The notes beneath the pieces are model-generated. The model saw only the letters and a list, made by a program, of their open reading frames with translations, had not been told where the DNA came from and made no database searches. Below are positions 28,099 through 36,875 of a stretch of DNA of 56,658 nt, piece by piece (positions within the stretch are counted from its first letter, which is position 1; the number at the start of each line of letters is the position of its first letter). Source of the DNA: a virus (lineage: Duplodnaviria > Caudoviricetes); IMG/VR virus record IMGVR_UViG_3300035565_000019, positions 1-56,658 of that record; one strand, given 5' to 3'. The position numbers and the translations under genes are program-made.

Positions 28099-29466
28099 CT
28101 ATACGTTAAGCGGCGCTGAAACTGCCGCATGTGAAATGTAGTTTACCAGCTTTGCCTGCTCTGGTTTAAAGTTGAAGATTGTCGCTGCTGCATCAAGCTC
28201 CAGCTTCGGCCCTTTGATCTCTTCCCTTTCCAGCACTTCTCGCACTTGATCCTGGTGATTCAAATAGATGTGCGTATCGCCAAGGAAGAAAGTCAAGAAG
28301 CCACTGTTAAGGCCTAAGGATTGCGCCAAGAGACGCTGCAGAAGCGCATAGCTCGCTATGTCGAACGGCAAGCCTAAGAAGAGGTCTACAGAGCGCATAT
28401 ATACGGCCAGATCGAGCCTTTGGTTGTCTCCGATGAACGCCTGGAAGAACATATGACAAGGCGGCAGGCACATCTGACTTAGCTCCCCTGGGTTCCATGC
28501 AGTCACGATGTGGCGCCTTCCGTGCGGCTCTTTGCTCAGGCCTTCTACAAGATTGACAAGTTGGTCTACGTACTGCGCATGCTTTATTGTTTGCACATCC
28601 AGCAACTTAAAACCGTAGCGCGATTTAGCATTCTTTCGGCCTGTCCAAAGGTCACAAAAATTCTTCCCATCTATAGCTTGCTCCGCACAAAACTGATGCG
28701 GGTTTGTAAAGCTGAAAACCTCACCGTCTTCGCGCTCAACAGTATATTTAGTGCAGTCTTTTTTCGGGTGGTTATCTTCAGCAGACACCCAGGCACAATG
28801 CTCTGGCCCGTAACGGAATCCATCCCCTCGTGTATCTTTATCTAGCTGGTAAGCGTGGCTGTCAGCAGCGAGAATAGCCTCTGACCAACCTGGCAGCTTT
28901 ACAGCGTCTTCTGCAAAGGCCTCAAACTCAAGCCAGCGATTATGTACAAAAACGCCGCGAGCTCCATAGTAGGAATAGTTGCGACTATTCAAATTATAAC
29001 ACCGCGCCATCATTCCTTGCCATGTCTTGCCTAGTGGGTGGCTTGCTGAACCGCTGCCATTAGCGATGTTCAAAAATGTTAGCGCTATACCCTCTCGCAA
29101 TTTAGGCCTTGGCTGTTCACGCACTTGAGGCACAGGCCACTTGCGCCACATGTTCCCATAAATTCTGCCCAGGTCTCCTTCAAATCGTGCAAATGGCAGC
29201 CAATAAGGGGAGTTGCCGTTGCCGTCCCAAATAGTGCAACCCATTTTGTGGAAGTCTTCCAGGTTGTCATAACCTTGGAGAAAACAGGCTAGCTCGGCCT
29301 TTACCTGTTCGAATCCCAGTTTCTTCAATGTTACAGCCGGGAACGTCGTGTGATTATCGAACACCAGCTGTTCGCCGAATAAAGCATACGTACCTACGCC
29401 TGTGCGGTCCTGGCGCAGCTCCCCGAATTGCATAGTCTTTTCTAAAATCCTGCGCCATTGTTCCAT
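28099..29466 (-). CDS. thyA: Thymidylate synthase homologue (Asn-to-Asp variant) with an in-frame endonuclease insertion
   Basis: DRTGVGT, YG..WRKW, RRHIVTAWNP, LPPCH, RSVDLFLGLPFDIASY and GDTHIY motifs; ~187 aa insert. Confidence 0.9.
   Translation of the reverse strand: MEQWRRILEKTMQFGELRQDRTGVGTYALFGEQLVFDNHTTFPAVTLKKLGFEQVKAELACFLQGYDNLEDFHKMGCTIWDGNGNSPYWLPFARFEGDLGRIYGNMWRKWPVPQVREQPRPKLREGIALTFLNIANGSGSASHPLGKTWQGMMARCYNLNSRNYSYYGARGVFVHNRWLEFEAFAEDAVKLPGWSEAILAADSHAYQLDKDTRGDGFRYGPEHCAWVSAEDNHPKKDCTKYTVEREDGEVFSFTNPHQFCAEQAIDGKNFCDLWTGRKNAKSRYGFKLLDVQTIKHAQYVDQLVNLVEGLSKEPHGRRHIVTAWNPGELSQMCLPPCHMFFQAFIGDNQRLDLAVYMRSVDLFLGLPFDIASYALLQRLLAQSLGLNSGFLTFFLGDTHIYLNHQDQVREVLEREEIKGPKLELDAAATIFNFKPEQAKLVNYISHAAVSAPLNV
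28573..29133 (-). mobile_element. HNH-like homing endonuclease domain inserted in frame within the TS gene
   Basis: WQGMMARCY, YYGARGVFVHNRWLEFEAFAED and LDKD..G...YGPEHCAWVS..DN motifs; boundaries approximate. Confidence 0.75.
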
Positions 29467-29476
29467 CCAGTTCTCC

Positions 29477-29671
29477 TTATAAGTAACCAACGATTACGCC
29501 AACTGGTGGCACAAATATACCGATAATGCGAAGCGCAAGCAAGCCAACGTGGCCTGCTAAGTCTTCTGTTGCTAGCTTATAAATGTTATCTCCATAGCCA
29601 AACAGAGCAGCTGTTAAAATGCACATTATCAGCAGCAGCCCAATTATATTACTCCAGTCATCTGATTTCAT
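29477..29671 (-). CDS. Small two-TM membrane protein
   Basis: RBS AAGGAG; RIIGIFVPPVGVIVGY motif. Confidence 0.6.
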   Translation of the reverse strand: MKSDDWSNIIGLLLIMCILTAALFGYGDNIYKLATEDLAGHVGLLALRIIGIFVPPVGVIVGYL

Positions 29672-29689
29672 TTTGTCTCTCCTTTATTT

Positions 29690-29827
29690 TTAGCCGTAGC
29701 CGCCACCGCTGCCGCTGCCGCTGCCGTCGCCGTCGCCGTAGCCGTAGCCGCTGCCGTCGCCGTTGCCGTAGCCGTAGCCTATGCCTATGCCTATGCCTAT
29801 GCCTATGCCTATGCCTATGCCTGCCAT
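29690..29827 (-). CDS. 45 aa Gly-X repeat peptide, MAG(IG)7YGYGNGDGSGYGYGDGDGSGSGSGGGYG
   Basis: Read manually; ATG overlaps the end of the upstream gene, TAA at 29690-29692. Confidence 0.6.
   Translation of the reverse strand: MAGIGIGIGIGIGIGIGYGYGNGDGSGYGYGDGDGSGSGSGGGYG
29777..29821. repeat. Perfect hexamer microsatellite (GCCTAT)x7
   Basis: Directly visible; continues as a degenerate GCCGNN array down to 29693. Confidence 0.95.
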
Positions 29828-30183
29828 ACTTTCACACTCGCAATAGACGCTTGCGCCTTGGTTGTACAGTCCAGCAATTCAATCGCGTTCAACAATTCAG
29901 CACGATTTACCTCGCAAGGGAATTTACAGGCATTCGGCTTTGAGAATCCATCCGTAGCCGCTTGAGATAGGCTGGCAGCGCCCTCCCAATACCAGAGACG
30001 TCGAGCCTTACGCAGGACAACCTCTTGTCCATTTCTAGACTCAAGATAGCCGGCAAAAACTCCTGCTGACTGGGTTCTGCAAATAATATACTTCATGCCA
30101 TTAAGCTCTGGCGCTTTATTGCTGACTGAATCAGCGCGAACATACTTTACTTCGTCAATCATAATACTTTCAGGTTTACTCAT
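29815..30183 (-). CDS. DUF6948-like protein
   Basis: ICRTQSAGVFAG and ARRLWYWEGAASLSQ motifs; family recalled as preceding Gly-rich repeats. Confidence 0.6.
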   Translation of the reverse strand: MSKPESIMIDEVKYVRADSVSNKAPELNGMKYIICRTQSAGVFAGYLESRNGQEVVLRKARRLWYWEGAASLSQAATDGFSKPNACKFPCEVNRAELLNAIELLDCTTKAQASIASVKVWQA

Positions 30184-30184
30184 T

Positions 30185-30790
30185 TTACTCTTTCCTTTCT
30201 TGAGCAGCTACAAAAAAGCCTGCATAGTTGATAATGTCCAAAGCCGTATCTCGTAAGCCTTCGAAGCTAGCAGCTTCAGGCTTCTTGGCTAGCGAGATGA
30301 AGCGCTGCGACTTCGTATGCAACATCTGCGCATATGATACGGCGCCAAATGGAAAGTACGGCGAGCGATCTACTTTATGTATGTCTTTATGGCCCATTCC
30401 TTGGTTATAGTCCTGACTTTTACGCACGCATAACAATGCCGCTTCTGCTAACGCCCCAGGATGCCCGCCTCGAGAAGCAAGTTCAGTCAACAACACTACT
30501 GAATCAATAGTGCTTAACTGCCCGGCCAAGAGCGCTGTAACACGCATTTCGGCCTCTGCGCAGTCCATATTTGCTAATCTCTTAAGCCTGAGTTGTTTTT
30601 CTGACAACCATATACATGATCCAACAGGATACTGCCTTTCGTTATTGGTAGTAGTTAGGCGGCACTCTACCCCGTCATTTTGACTAGCAAGCTGAACGAC
30701 AAGCCCCTCAACAGGGATTGCCATCCGATAGCGGTCGTATATAATGACTTCAGAATCTACTTTGAACTGCCCACTATGATAGGCATTCAT
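30185..30790 (-). CDS. Protein with a C-terminal nucleotide-modification-associated domain (DUF1599/Nmad1-like)
   Basis: RKSQDY, HTKSQRF and EGLRDTALDIINYA motifs. Confidence 0.65.
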   Translation of the reverse strand: MNAYHSGQFKVDSEVIIYDRYRMAIPVEGLVVQLASQNDGVECRLTTTNNERQYPVGSCIWLSEKQLRLKRLANMDCAEAEMRVTALLAGQLSTIDSVVLLTELASRGGHPGALAEAALLCVRKSQDYNQGMGHKDIHKVDRSPYFPFGAVSYAQMLHTKSQRFISLAKKPEAASFEGLRDTALDIINYAGFFVAAQERKE

Positions 30791-31641
30791 TACTTCTTCG
30801 CTCCTTTCTTCGGTGCAACCTTGGTCTTGGCCTTAGTTGCTGTTTTCGGTGTCGCAGCGGCCTTTGTAGCAGCCTTAGGCGCAGCTTTTTCTGCTGCTTT
30901 AGGCTTCGCTGCCACTGCATCCTTTGGCAATTTGCCTTCTTGCTTCAACTTGTTGCGATACCAGGACACAGATGAAGTCGATGTATTGGCGCCAGGGAAT
31001 TGTTTCTTGGCGGCAGCAATGACTTCTTCATTTGACTTGCCATTGATGATAAGATCCATACAGAACGCGCCGATACCTGGCTTCTTTGCTCCTGCAGGCT
31101 TATCGCCATTTGCTGCTGCAGAACGCTTGCCAGATGCTTCTGCCGCATTGGCCTTATTCTTTGACTGTTCGCCGGTCAATGCCTTGGCTTTGGATTGCAG
31201 GTCTTCGATCTTGCCGATAAGGCTTTCTTTGCCGGCTTTGGTATCTTTGACAGAATTGACTGTTGGCAGCTTAAGTGCTGTTGCCAAGTCGTTGTGCAGT
31301 TTGAAAAGTTCCTTGATGTCAAGGGCCGAGAGTTTGCTTCCGTTGCTTGCTGCCATGATGTATATCTCCATAATGATTTCATTGACCCCGTCTTCGGGGA
31401 GGTATGCACGCTTTGATGCACGCAAGAACGAGAGTGCGGCTTGTTCTGGCGTTATTGAAAAGACAATCCTGTTGAATCGCTCTTCCAATTTGGTTGTAGT
31501 CTCGCGAAACTTCACAAGACCTTGAGGCTCGAATGCCAAGTATTCAGACCACTTGTCACCGCGAAAATACTCCAGGCAAGTGTGGCTGTTATGGTCTTGG
31601 CGGACGACCAAGTCACTCAATGGTATGTTGATATGTGTCAT
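30790..31641 (-). CDS. DNA-binding protein with an HTH-like domain and histone-H1-like Lys/Ala tail
   Basis: GIGAFC...WYRNK domain shared with 45885-46256; AAPKAATK repeats. Confidence 0.65.
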   Translation of the reverse strand: MTHINIPLSDLVVRQDHNSHTCLEYFRGDKWSEYLAFEPQGLVKFRETTTKLEERFNRIVFSITPEQAALSFLRASKRAYLPEDGVNEIIMEIYIMAASNGSKLSALDIKELFKLHNDLATALKLPTVNSVKDTKAGKESLIGKIEDLQSKAKALTGEQSKNKANAAEASGKRSAAANGDKPAGAKKPGIGAFCMDLIINGKSNEEVIAAAKKQFPGANTSTSSVSWYRNKLKQEGKLPKDAVAAKPKAAEKAAPKAATKAAATPKTATKAKTKVAPKKGAKK

Positions 31642-31654
31642 GATTGTCCCTTTA

Positions 31655-32461
31655 TTAAGCCAAGATACTAGCCATGCGCTCTGTGAGAAGCCATAGCGAC
31701 TTGTTAAGGCGCAGGTCTTCGGACACAGAGGCTATCTTCCTGGTCGTGGTGCGCTTACCAGTAGTGCCTGTGCCGCGCAATCCGCCTTTGATGAAATTCT
31801 CCTGCACCCGATTAAAGGTAGTCCAAAGGTCGTTGGTGTTGTCTGCTGATCGGCGAGGATTGAGCAGTTGTGTCGGCCGTATTGGTGCTGCAGAATTGCC
31901 TTGCTCATTAGTGGGCCAGCGCAGCTCCAGGGCGGCATCGGCAAACGCAAGCTCATGCACAGGGTCTAACTTGACATTTTTGTACTGTTCTACTTTGGCA
32001 AGAATGGCCGGCATTTCCTGGATGATCTCGTAGCTGCCTTCAATCACGTTATCCCTGATGTCGCCAGTGTGACGGACAGAGATGTCGCCGAAGTTTGATG
32101 ATTTTACGGTCATGCCATTAGAGCAGATAAGCCTGAACAGCCCTGCAGACAGTTGAAAGCCGCTTGAGCGATCGTGGCTGTTCACCATGACAAGCTCCGG
32201 TATCTCTGTGCCCACTACCTTGGTATTTTCCAGGTCTTCTATGCGGCGGAAACGCAGCATATGTTTGGCGAACATCTTGCCATCTTCCAGGCGGCTGGCA
32301 GACTGTTGAGCGCGCACTGGCATAAACCCCTCATTGCGCAGCGCATCAATAATACCGATGGTGGGGATGAAAGTATAACGGGCACTAACACTATCATGAG
32401 GTACCTCGGAGAATACGCTTGGCACCATACGTTGCAACTGGTCATTGGATAATACTTGCAT
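31655..32461 (-). CDS. DUF932/DUF945-family protein
   Basis: SARYTFIPT, KHMLRFR, NSHDRSS, GLFRLICSNG and DLWTTFNRVQEN motifs. Confidence 0.85.
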   Translation of the reverse strand: MQVLSNDQLQRMVPSVFSEVPHDSVSARYTFIPTIGIIDALRNEGFMPVRAQQSASRLEDGKMFAKHMLRFRRIEDLENTKVVGTEIPELVMVNSHDRSSGFQLSAGLFRLICSNGMTVKSSNFGDISVRHTGDIRDNVIEGSYEIIQEMPAILAKVEQYKNVKLDPVHELAFADAALELRWPTNEQGNSAAPIRPTQLLNPRRSADNTNDLWTTFNRVQENFIKGGLRGTGTTGKRTTTRKIASVSEDLRLNKSLWLLTERMASILA

Positions 32462-32525
32462 TTCAGTACTCCTTCGTTTGGTTGATAAAAGAACAAATAT
32501 GCAAAATTGCTTACTTGTTACTGAC

Positions 32526-32554
32526 ATTATATACTAATCTAGACCAGAGTAAAC
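32526..32554 (-). promoter_or_regulatory. Class B promoter GTTTAC-N17-TATAAT
   Basis: Exact motif upstream of the DUF932 gene. Confidence 0.7.
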
Positions 32555-32561
32555 CCGCGCG

Positions 32562-34100
32562 CTAAACTTTATTTTTCTTGCGCATTTTGGAGTATTCTTG
32601 CATCGCATCAAGTAACGCGCCTTGTGTTCTTTTCTTCTTTCTAACGGCAATCATTTTAGCAATATCAACTGTTTTTGAAGCGACAATGTGGTGCACCACA
32701 ACACGTAAAGCTTTATTACCGGATCGCAACAATCTAGCAATAGTTTGCTCATACAATTCCAAATCCCAAGTAAGAGAATGAAAAATAATATTTGCAGCGT
32801 TATCTCCTTGAAGATTTAAGCCGTGCCCCATTGAAGCTGGGTGACCTAATAGCACTGGTATTTTACCAGCATTCCAATCCGCCACTATTCCATCTGATTT
32901 AGCTGGGCTAATGCCGCCGCCTATAAACGGCGTATCTTTACCAAACGCTTTTAGCAACCTGGCAAGATCGTGCTCAAAGTCATAAAGTATTAGCGCTGGC
33001 GCACCATTTAACTCTTCTATTAAGTCAACAGTAGCCTCTATCTTCTCTTGATGTAAATCTGCCCACTCTCGCTTTGATGCTTTGCGCCCACTCTCATCTA
33101 CTTCTTGCTGAAGATAAAGCCCTCCATTAGCGATTTGGCAAAGTTTCATAGACGCAACGCCTGCATTTACTGCAGTGATAATGCCTGACTCCAATTCAGT
33201 AATAAACTCGTCTTCCAGTTCGTCATAAATTTTCCTGACTTTAGGCGGCAGCTCTACTTTAACAATATTTTCTATCAACTGCGGTAGCTGCACATGATCT
33301 TTAGCAGATAGCCTGTGGATTACTGGCGCTATACGTTCGTAAATAGCCTCTTCGCTGTCTGCTTGTGGCAGCCATGTATAACCGCCATATCCTGTGGGGT
33401 AAAAATAAGCTGAGCGATAGTGCGATATAAATCTCCCTAGCGACCTGCCAAGATCCAAAATATACATGCTCCCAAACAAATCAAGCAGGCCGTTACTAGC
33501 AGGAGAGCCTGTCAAACCCCATCTGCGATCAAAAGTCGTCAAAACCTGCTTTAATATCTGGAACCTGTCCGTGCTTGTTCGCTTAAATTTACTGATTTCA
33601 TCGATTACTAGAGTCTTTGCGCCAAGCTTTTTGAACTGCTTCAAGTTGTAAGATATAACGGTCTTCTTGCCTTTCTTTTCTTTAGTAACGCCAAGCAGCC
33701 ACTCAAGCCCTTCAGGGTTAATAAGATAGATGTCAGCCTTGCGCTTAATGGCTTCGTCTTTATCTGGGCCATGCAATATCTCATACGTGAAATGGTTGAA
33801 GTCCTTCCACTTTTTAATTTCATTTGGCCAGACGGAATAGCACACCCTAAGTGGCGCGATAATGATAACGGGCTCATCTAGCATGCCCTCTTTCTTCAAC
33901 ACCTTTAATGCGCCTAATGTGGTACTTGTTTTGCGCCAACCTGGATTCCAGTATAGGCCTGCGGCTGCATGCTCAAGCAGGAATTTTACGCCTTCTAGCT
34001 GGAATTTTTCCGGCTTCCAGGGAATGCCCTGTTCTGACGGCGTAGTGCTCTTTGAGAGAGGCAATGGCTTCAGTTTCGCTTGTATGGACTTCGATATCAT
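32562..34100 (-). CDS. SNF2-family (SF2) helicase
   Basis: PGWRKT (Walker A variant), VIDEIS, GLTGSP, GHGLNLQ and QTIARLLRSG motifs. Confidence 0.9.
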   Translation of the reverse strand: MISKSIQAKLKPLPLSKSTTPSEQGIPWKPEKFQLEGVKFLLEHAAAGLYWNPGWRKTSTTLGALKVLKKEGMLDEPVIIIAPLRVCYSVWPNEIKKWKDFNHFTYEILHGPDKDEAIKRKADIYLINPEGLEWLLGVTKEKKGKKTVISYNLKQFKKLGAKTLVIDEISKFKRTSTDRFQILKQVLTTFDRRWGLTGSPASNGLLDLFGSMYILDLGRSLGRFISHYRSAYFYPTGYGGYTWLPQADSEEAIYERIAPVIHRLSAKDHVQLPQLIENIVKVELPPKVRKIYDELEDEFITELESGIITAVNAGVASMKLCQIANGGLYLQQEVDESGRKASKREWADLHQEKIEATVDLIEELNGAPALILYDFEHDLARLLKAFGKDTPFIGGGISPAKSDGIVADWNAGKIPVLLGHPASMGHGLNLQGDNAANIIFHSLTWDLELYEQTIARLLRSGNKALRVVVHHIVASKTVDIAKMIAVRKKKRTQGALLDAMQEYSKMRKKNKV

Positions 34101-34320
34101 AACCTAAGCTCCTTAATTGTTCATGGACGTAAAGCTGCAGTTTTCTTGGTTCTTCGCCCTCGGCTTTAAATTCAATTAAGAGCGGCCGAAATGGTAGCCA
34201 AAAAATTTCATCTGGCCAGCCACGGCGCCCTCTTAATGTCAAAGTCGTATGCGGAATGCCTCGCGACTCCGCCCAGTCATTGGCCCTGACTTGCGCCTTC
34301 TTTTCTCTGACTCGCCGCAT
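33973..34320 (-). CDS. VRR-NUC nuclease
   Basis: GWPD, IEFK and PRKLQ motifs. Confidence 0.8.
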   Translation of the reverse strand: MRRVREKKAQVRANDWAESRGIPHTTLTLRGRRGWPDEIFWLPFRPLLIEFKAEGEEPRKLQLYVHEQLRSLGYDIEVHTSETEAIASLKEHYAVRTGHSLEAGKIPARRRKIPA

Positions 34321-34994
34321 TAGTATTGGCAAGGACCTTTGTTGGCTTTGCTAAAGAAACAATAGCGGCAATTGCTGGATGGCTTTGGCGCGAACCTGGT
34401 ATCATTCAACATGGCCTTAGTCTCCTTCAGCCAATAGGTCTTCAGTGCAGGTAATTCTTTCCTGGTGTAAAGCTTCGGCTCTTCCGGCACTTCATGGCAT
34501 GCGTCAAGATACCACAACCGCACATCTACTGCATCGACCGTTGGGAACTTCAACAACGCGCCCATGGCGTAAAGCTTCAACTGCTCCAGGTGTTCTTCAC
34601 GAATGCGGCCGGTTTTGTTGTCCACTACTAGGAGCGTATTAGTGTCGCGATTCAACGAATAAATGTCAGTCTTGATGCGCAACCATGCATCGGCATCGAA
34701 CCATCCTGTCTCATGCCAGTCTTTGTCGAAGGTCCATTGATCTTCTGTTACGGCTTTGCGTTTGCGCAATTCTTTGAACTCCTCTTCAAATGACTTGATC
34801 TCAGGAGGGCACTTTTTAAGCGTGCCCTTAATAAAATCCTCAGCCATCTTACCGATCGCGCCGCCTCGCGCCATGGCATCATTGCCAGGCTCTTTTATTT
34901 TGTCTACATGCTTATACTTTGCAAAAGCAGGACATTTGCGATAATCCTGCAATCGACTGAATGACCATGCCGTGATTTTTTGAATGACGCCCAT
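34320..34994 (-). CDS. PD-(D/E)XK Cas4-like exonuclease
   Basis: WSFSRL..Y.KCP, VDNKTG, QLKLYA and terminal CRYC...C motifs. Confidence 0.85.
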   Translation of the reverse strand: MGVIQKITAWSFSRLQDYRKCPAFAKYKHVDKIKEPGNDAMARGGAIGKMAEDFIKGTLKKCPPEIKSFEEEFKELRKRKAVTEDQWTFDKDWHETGWFDADAWLRIKTDIYSLNRDTNTLLVVDNKTGRIREEHLEQLKLYAMGALLKFPTVDAVDVRLWYLDACHEVPEEPKLYTRKELPALKTYWLKETKAMLNDTRFAPKPSSNCRYCFFSKANKGPCQY

Positions 34995-34995
34995 T

Positions 34996-36873
34996 TTACT
35001 TCTCCTTAAATTTAGTTAACGCGCCCCAATTAGGGCCTGTGCTACCATCTGACAACATTGGCACGTCAAACTCAACGGACGCCATTACTTCTCGCAACAA
35101 CTGCATTTCGCTTTTCACATGCTGCTTTGGCACGCTGATGTTGATCTCGTCATGGACGGTCAACAGGAACTTGCCATGCACCTTGGCTTCGTCATATCTT
35201 ATCAGCGCTTCTTTAGTACAGTCTGCAGAGGATCCTTGGATAAGGTAGTTAAGCATCTTGTATTCGAATGTGCATACCCTATTCCTGGATTTGACGAATT
35301 TCGGCTCCTCGCAAAAGTATTGCCTTCCGCCCCATGTAGTCAATGGTTCGCCTGCTGCCGCATAATCTTTCAAATCGTCTTGCAGCGCCTCAAGCTCAGG
35401 GAAAATGGCCAGATAAGCAGCCTTGATCTTCTTGGCCGTGTTTATGTCAACGTCTAGGCGTTCTGCGAGAGCACCTAGCCCCATACCGTATAGCAGCCCA
35501 AACCCGATGGTCTTAGTGTCGTCACGTGTTACCTTTAACCCAAATCTTTCATTGATTAGCTTTGCCGCCAAGTCATGGACGTCCAGGCCAGGATGCAGAC
35601 CGAATTGTTCTTGCAGCTCGCCATCGCCGAAATGGCCAAGCACGCGTAACTCTTGCTGCATGTAGTCTCGCTTGCACCACACCTCACCTTTGAATGGCGC
35701 CATATAGAACCGCATGAATGGCAACTCAGGAAGTCCTGCTATGTGCGAAGGATGCGCATATGCATTCTTGCCTGTCTCGCGCTGCTTGAATTCCTTAGGG
35801 ACGTTCATAAACCTGGATGCAGACAACCGGCCAGTCCTGGCGCCTGCCGTATCTTTGCCGTGCCCTGCTTGACGCACTTGGTTCCACGAAGGATGCACTA
35901 TACCGCCGCATGCCGTTGCCTCAAGGAACCATGGATGTAGGAAGGTGCCATAAGCCGTGCTGTGCCTTGAGCGGTATTGCAAAGCAGTCAGCACTTTCTT
36001 ATCTGTCACTGCGCCAATCAAACTATCCTTTGCCACAGACCTGGCGCCGCCTGGCGTCAACAAGAATAACTCATTCTTGGCTTTCTTGCGCATGACAAGT
36101 GCGTCTGCCAGTTGCTCGTCAGAATCCAGGTTAAAGTCTTTGCCTACTTTCAATTGATTGCGAAGCCACTTATCTACCAGCTCTCCTGCCGCTTCGTATT
36201 TGGCATCATCTGCCTTCATCAATTTATAATCTACCGGTACTCCTTGTGTCTCGTTCTTCAACAGTACCGGCAATAAGCGCCGCTCGCGGTCATATGCTTC
36301 TTCCATGCCTCTTTCTAATACGCGAGGGTGCAGCAACTTGAAGAGTTTCAGCGTGCGTATAGTATCGCCGTTGGCATACTTGCCTACCAGTTTCCCTGGT
36401 GCCATATAAATCAAATGCCCGAACTCTTTGGCATTCTTTGGCATGAGCTTATTGTCGATGCACCATTGGCGTATCGCGTCTTGCTCTTCTGCCGGCATTC
36501 CTAAAAGCCTTTCGGAAGCTGGTTTGAGTTTGAGGTCTGGAGAATGTGGATCGTCTAGAAAAATAAGAAACATCGAATCATGAATATGCGACCAGTCGAG
36601 CATTGGCATCCCCATGTGCGTTGTCGCAACTGCGACATCAAACTTAGAGTTATGGCAAAGCACCCCATCTTTAGACTTCCATGCTTTTTCCAATGCGTAT
36701 CGCGCTTCTCTAAATGTACAGTTATTCTCGCTTTTATGCCCCCATGAATAATAACTAGGCTTCTTTCCAGGAAAGATGATAGAGACGCCGACAGGTACAG
36801 GAGGATAATCCGGCCATCCTGCTATCGGCATTGTCTCGAAGTCTATTACTGCTGGCTCTGGTATCTTGATCAC
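34996..36873 (-). CDS. polA: Family A DNA polymerase with 3'-5' exonuclease
   Basis: IDFET, HNSKFD, TGRLS, DYMQQELR (motif A), KTIGFGLLYG (motif B), VHDEI (motif C). Confidence 0.95.
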   Translation of the reverse strand: MIKIPEPAVIDFETMPIAGWPDYPPVPVGVSIIFPGKKPSYYSWGHKSENNCTFREARYALEKAWKSKDGVLCHNSKFDVAVATTHMGMPMLDWSHIHDSMFLIFLDDPHSPDLKLKPASERLLGMPAEEQDAIRQWCIDNKLMPKNAKEFGHLIYMAPGKLVGKYANGDTIRTLKLFKLLHPRVLERGMEEAYDRERRLLPVLLKNETQGVPVDYKLMKADDAKYEAAGELVDKWLRNQLKVGKDFNLDSDEQLADALVMRKKAKNELFLLTPGGARSVAKDSLIGAVTDKKVLTALQYRSRHSTAYGTFLHPWFLEATACGGIVHPSWNQVRQAGHGKDTAGARTGRLSASRFMNVPKEFKQRETGKNAYAHPSHIAGLPELPFMRFYMAPFKGEVWCKRDYMQQELRVLGHFGDGELQEQFGLHPGLDVHDLAAKLINERFGLKVTRDDTKTIGFGLLYGMGLGALAERLDVDINTAKKIKAAYLAIFPELEALQDDLKDYAAAGEPLTTWGGRQYFCEEPKFVKSRNRVCTFEYKMLNYLIQGSSADCTKEALIRYDEAKVHGKFLLTVHDEINISVPKQHVKSEMQLLREVMASVEFDVPMLSDGSTGPNWGALTKFKEK

Positions 36874-36875
36874 AG

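Noticed and set aside
28573-29133. Intein in thymidylate synthase
   Set aside because: No Cys/Ser at the start, no His-Asn followed by Cys/Ser/Thr at the end, and no Hint-domain blocks
29690-29827. CRISPR array
   Set aside because: Continuous 6-nt periodicity without spacers; it is a coding microsatellite
29569-29943. Arg/Cys/Leu-repeat ORF on the + strand
   Set aside because: Antisense shadow of the Gly-X repeat, opposite to the operon direction
30680-31525. 281 aa + strand ORF
   Set aside because: Antisense shadow of the Lys/Ala-rich gene 30790-31641
34320-34994. CRISPR-associated Cas4
   Set aside because: Ordinary phage Cas4-like exonuclease in the PolA module; no cas operon or array
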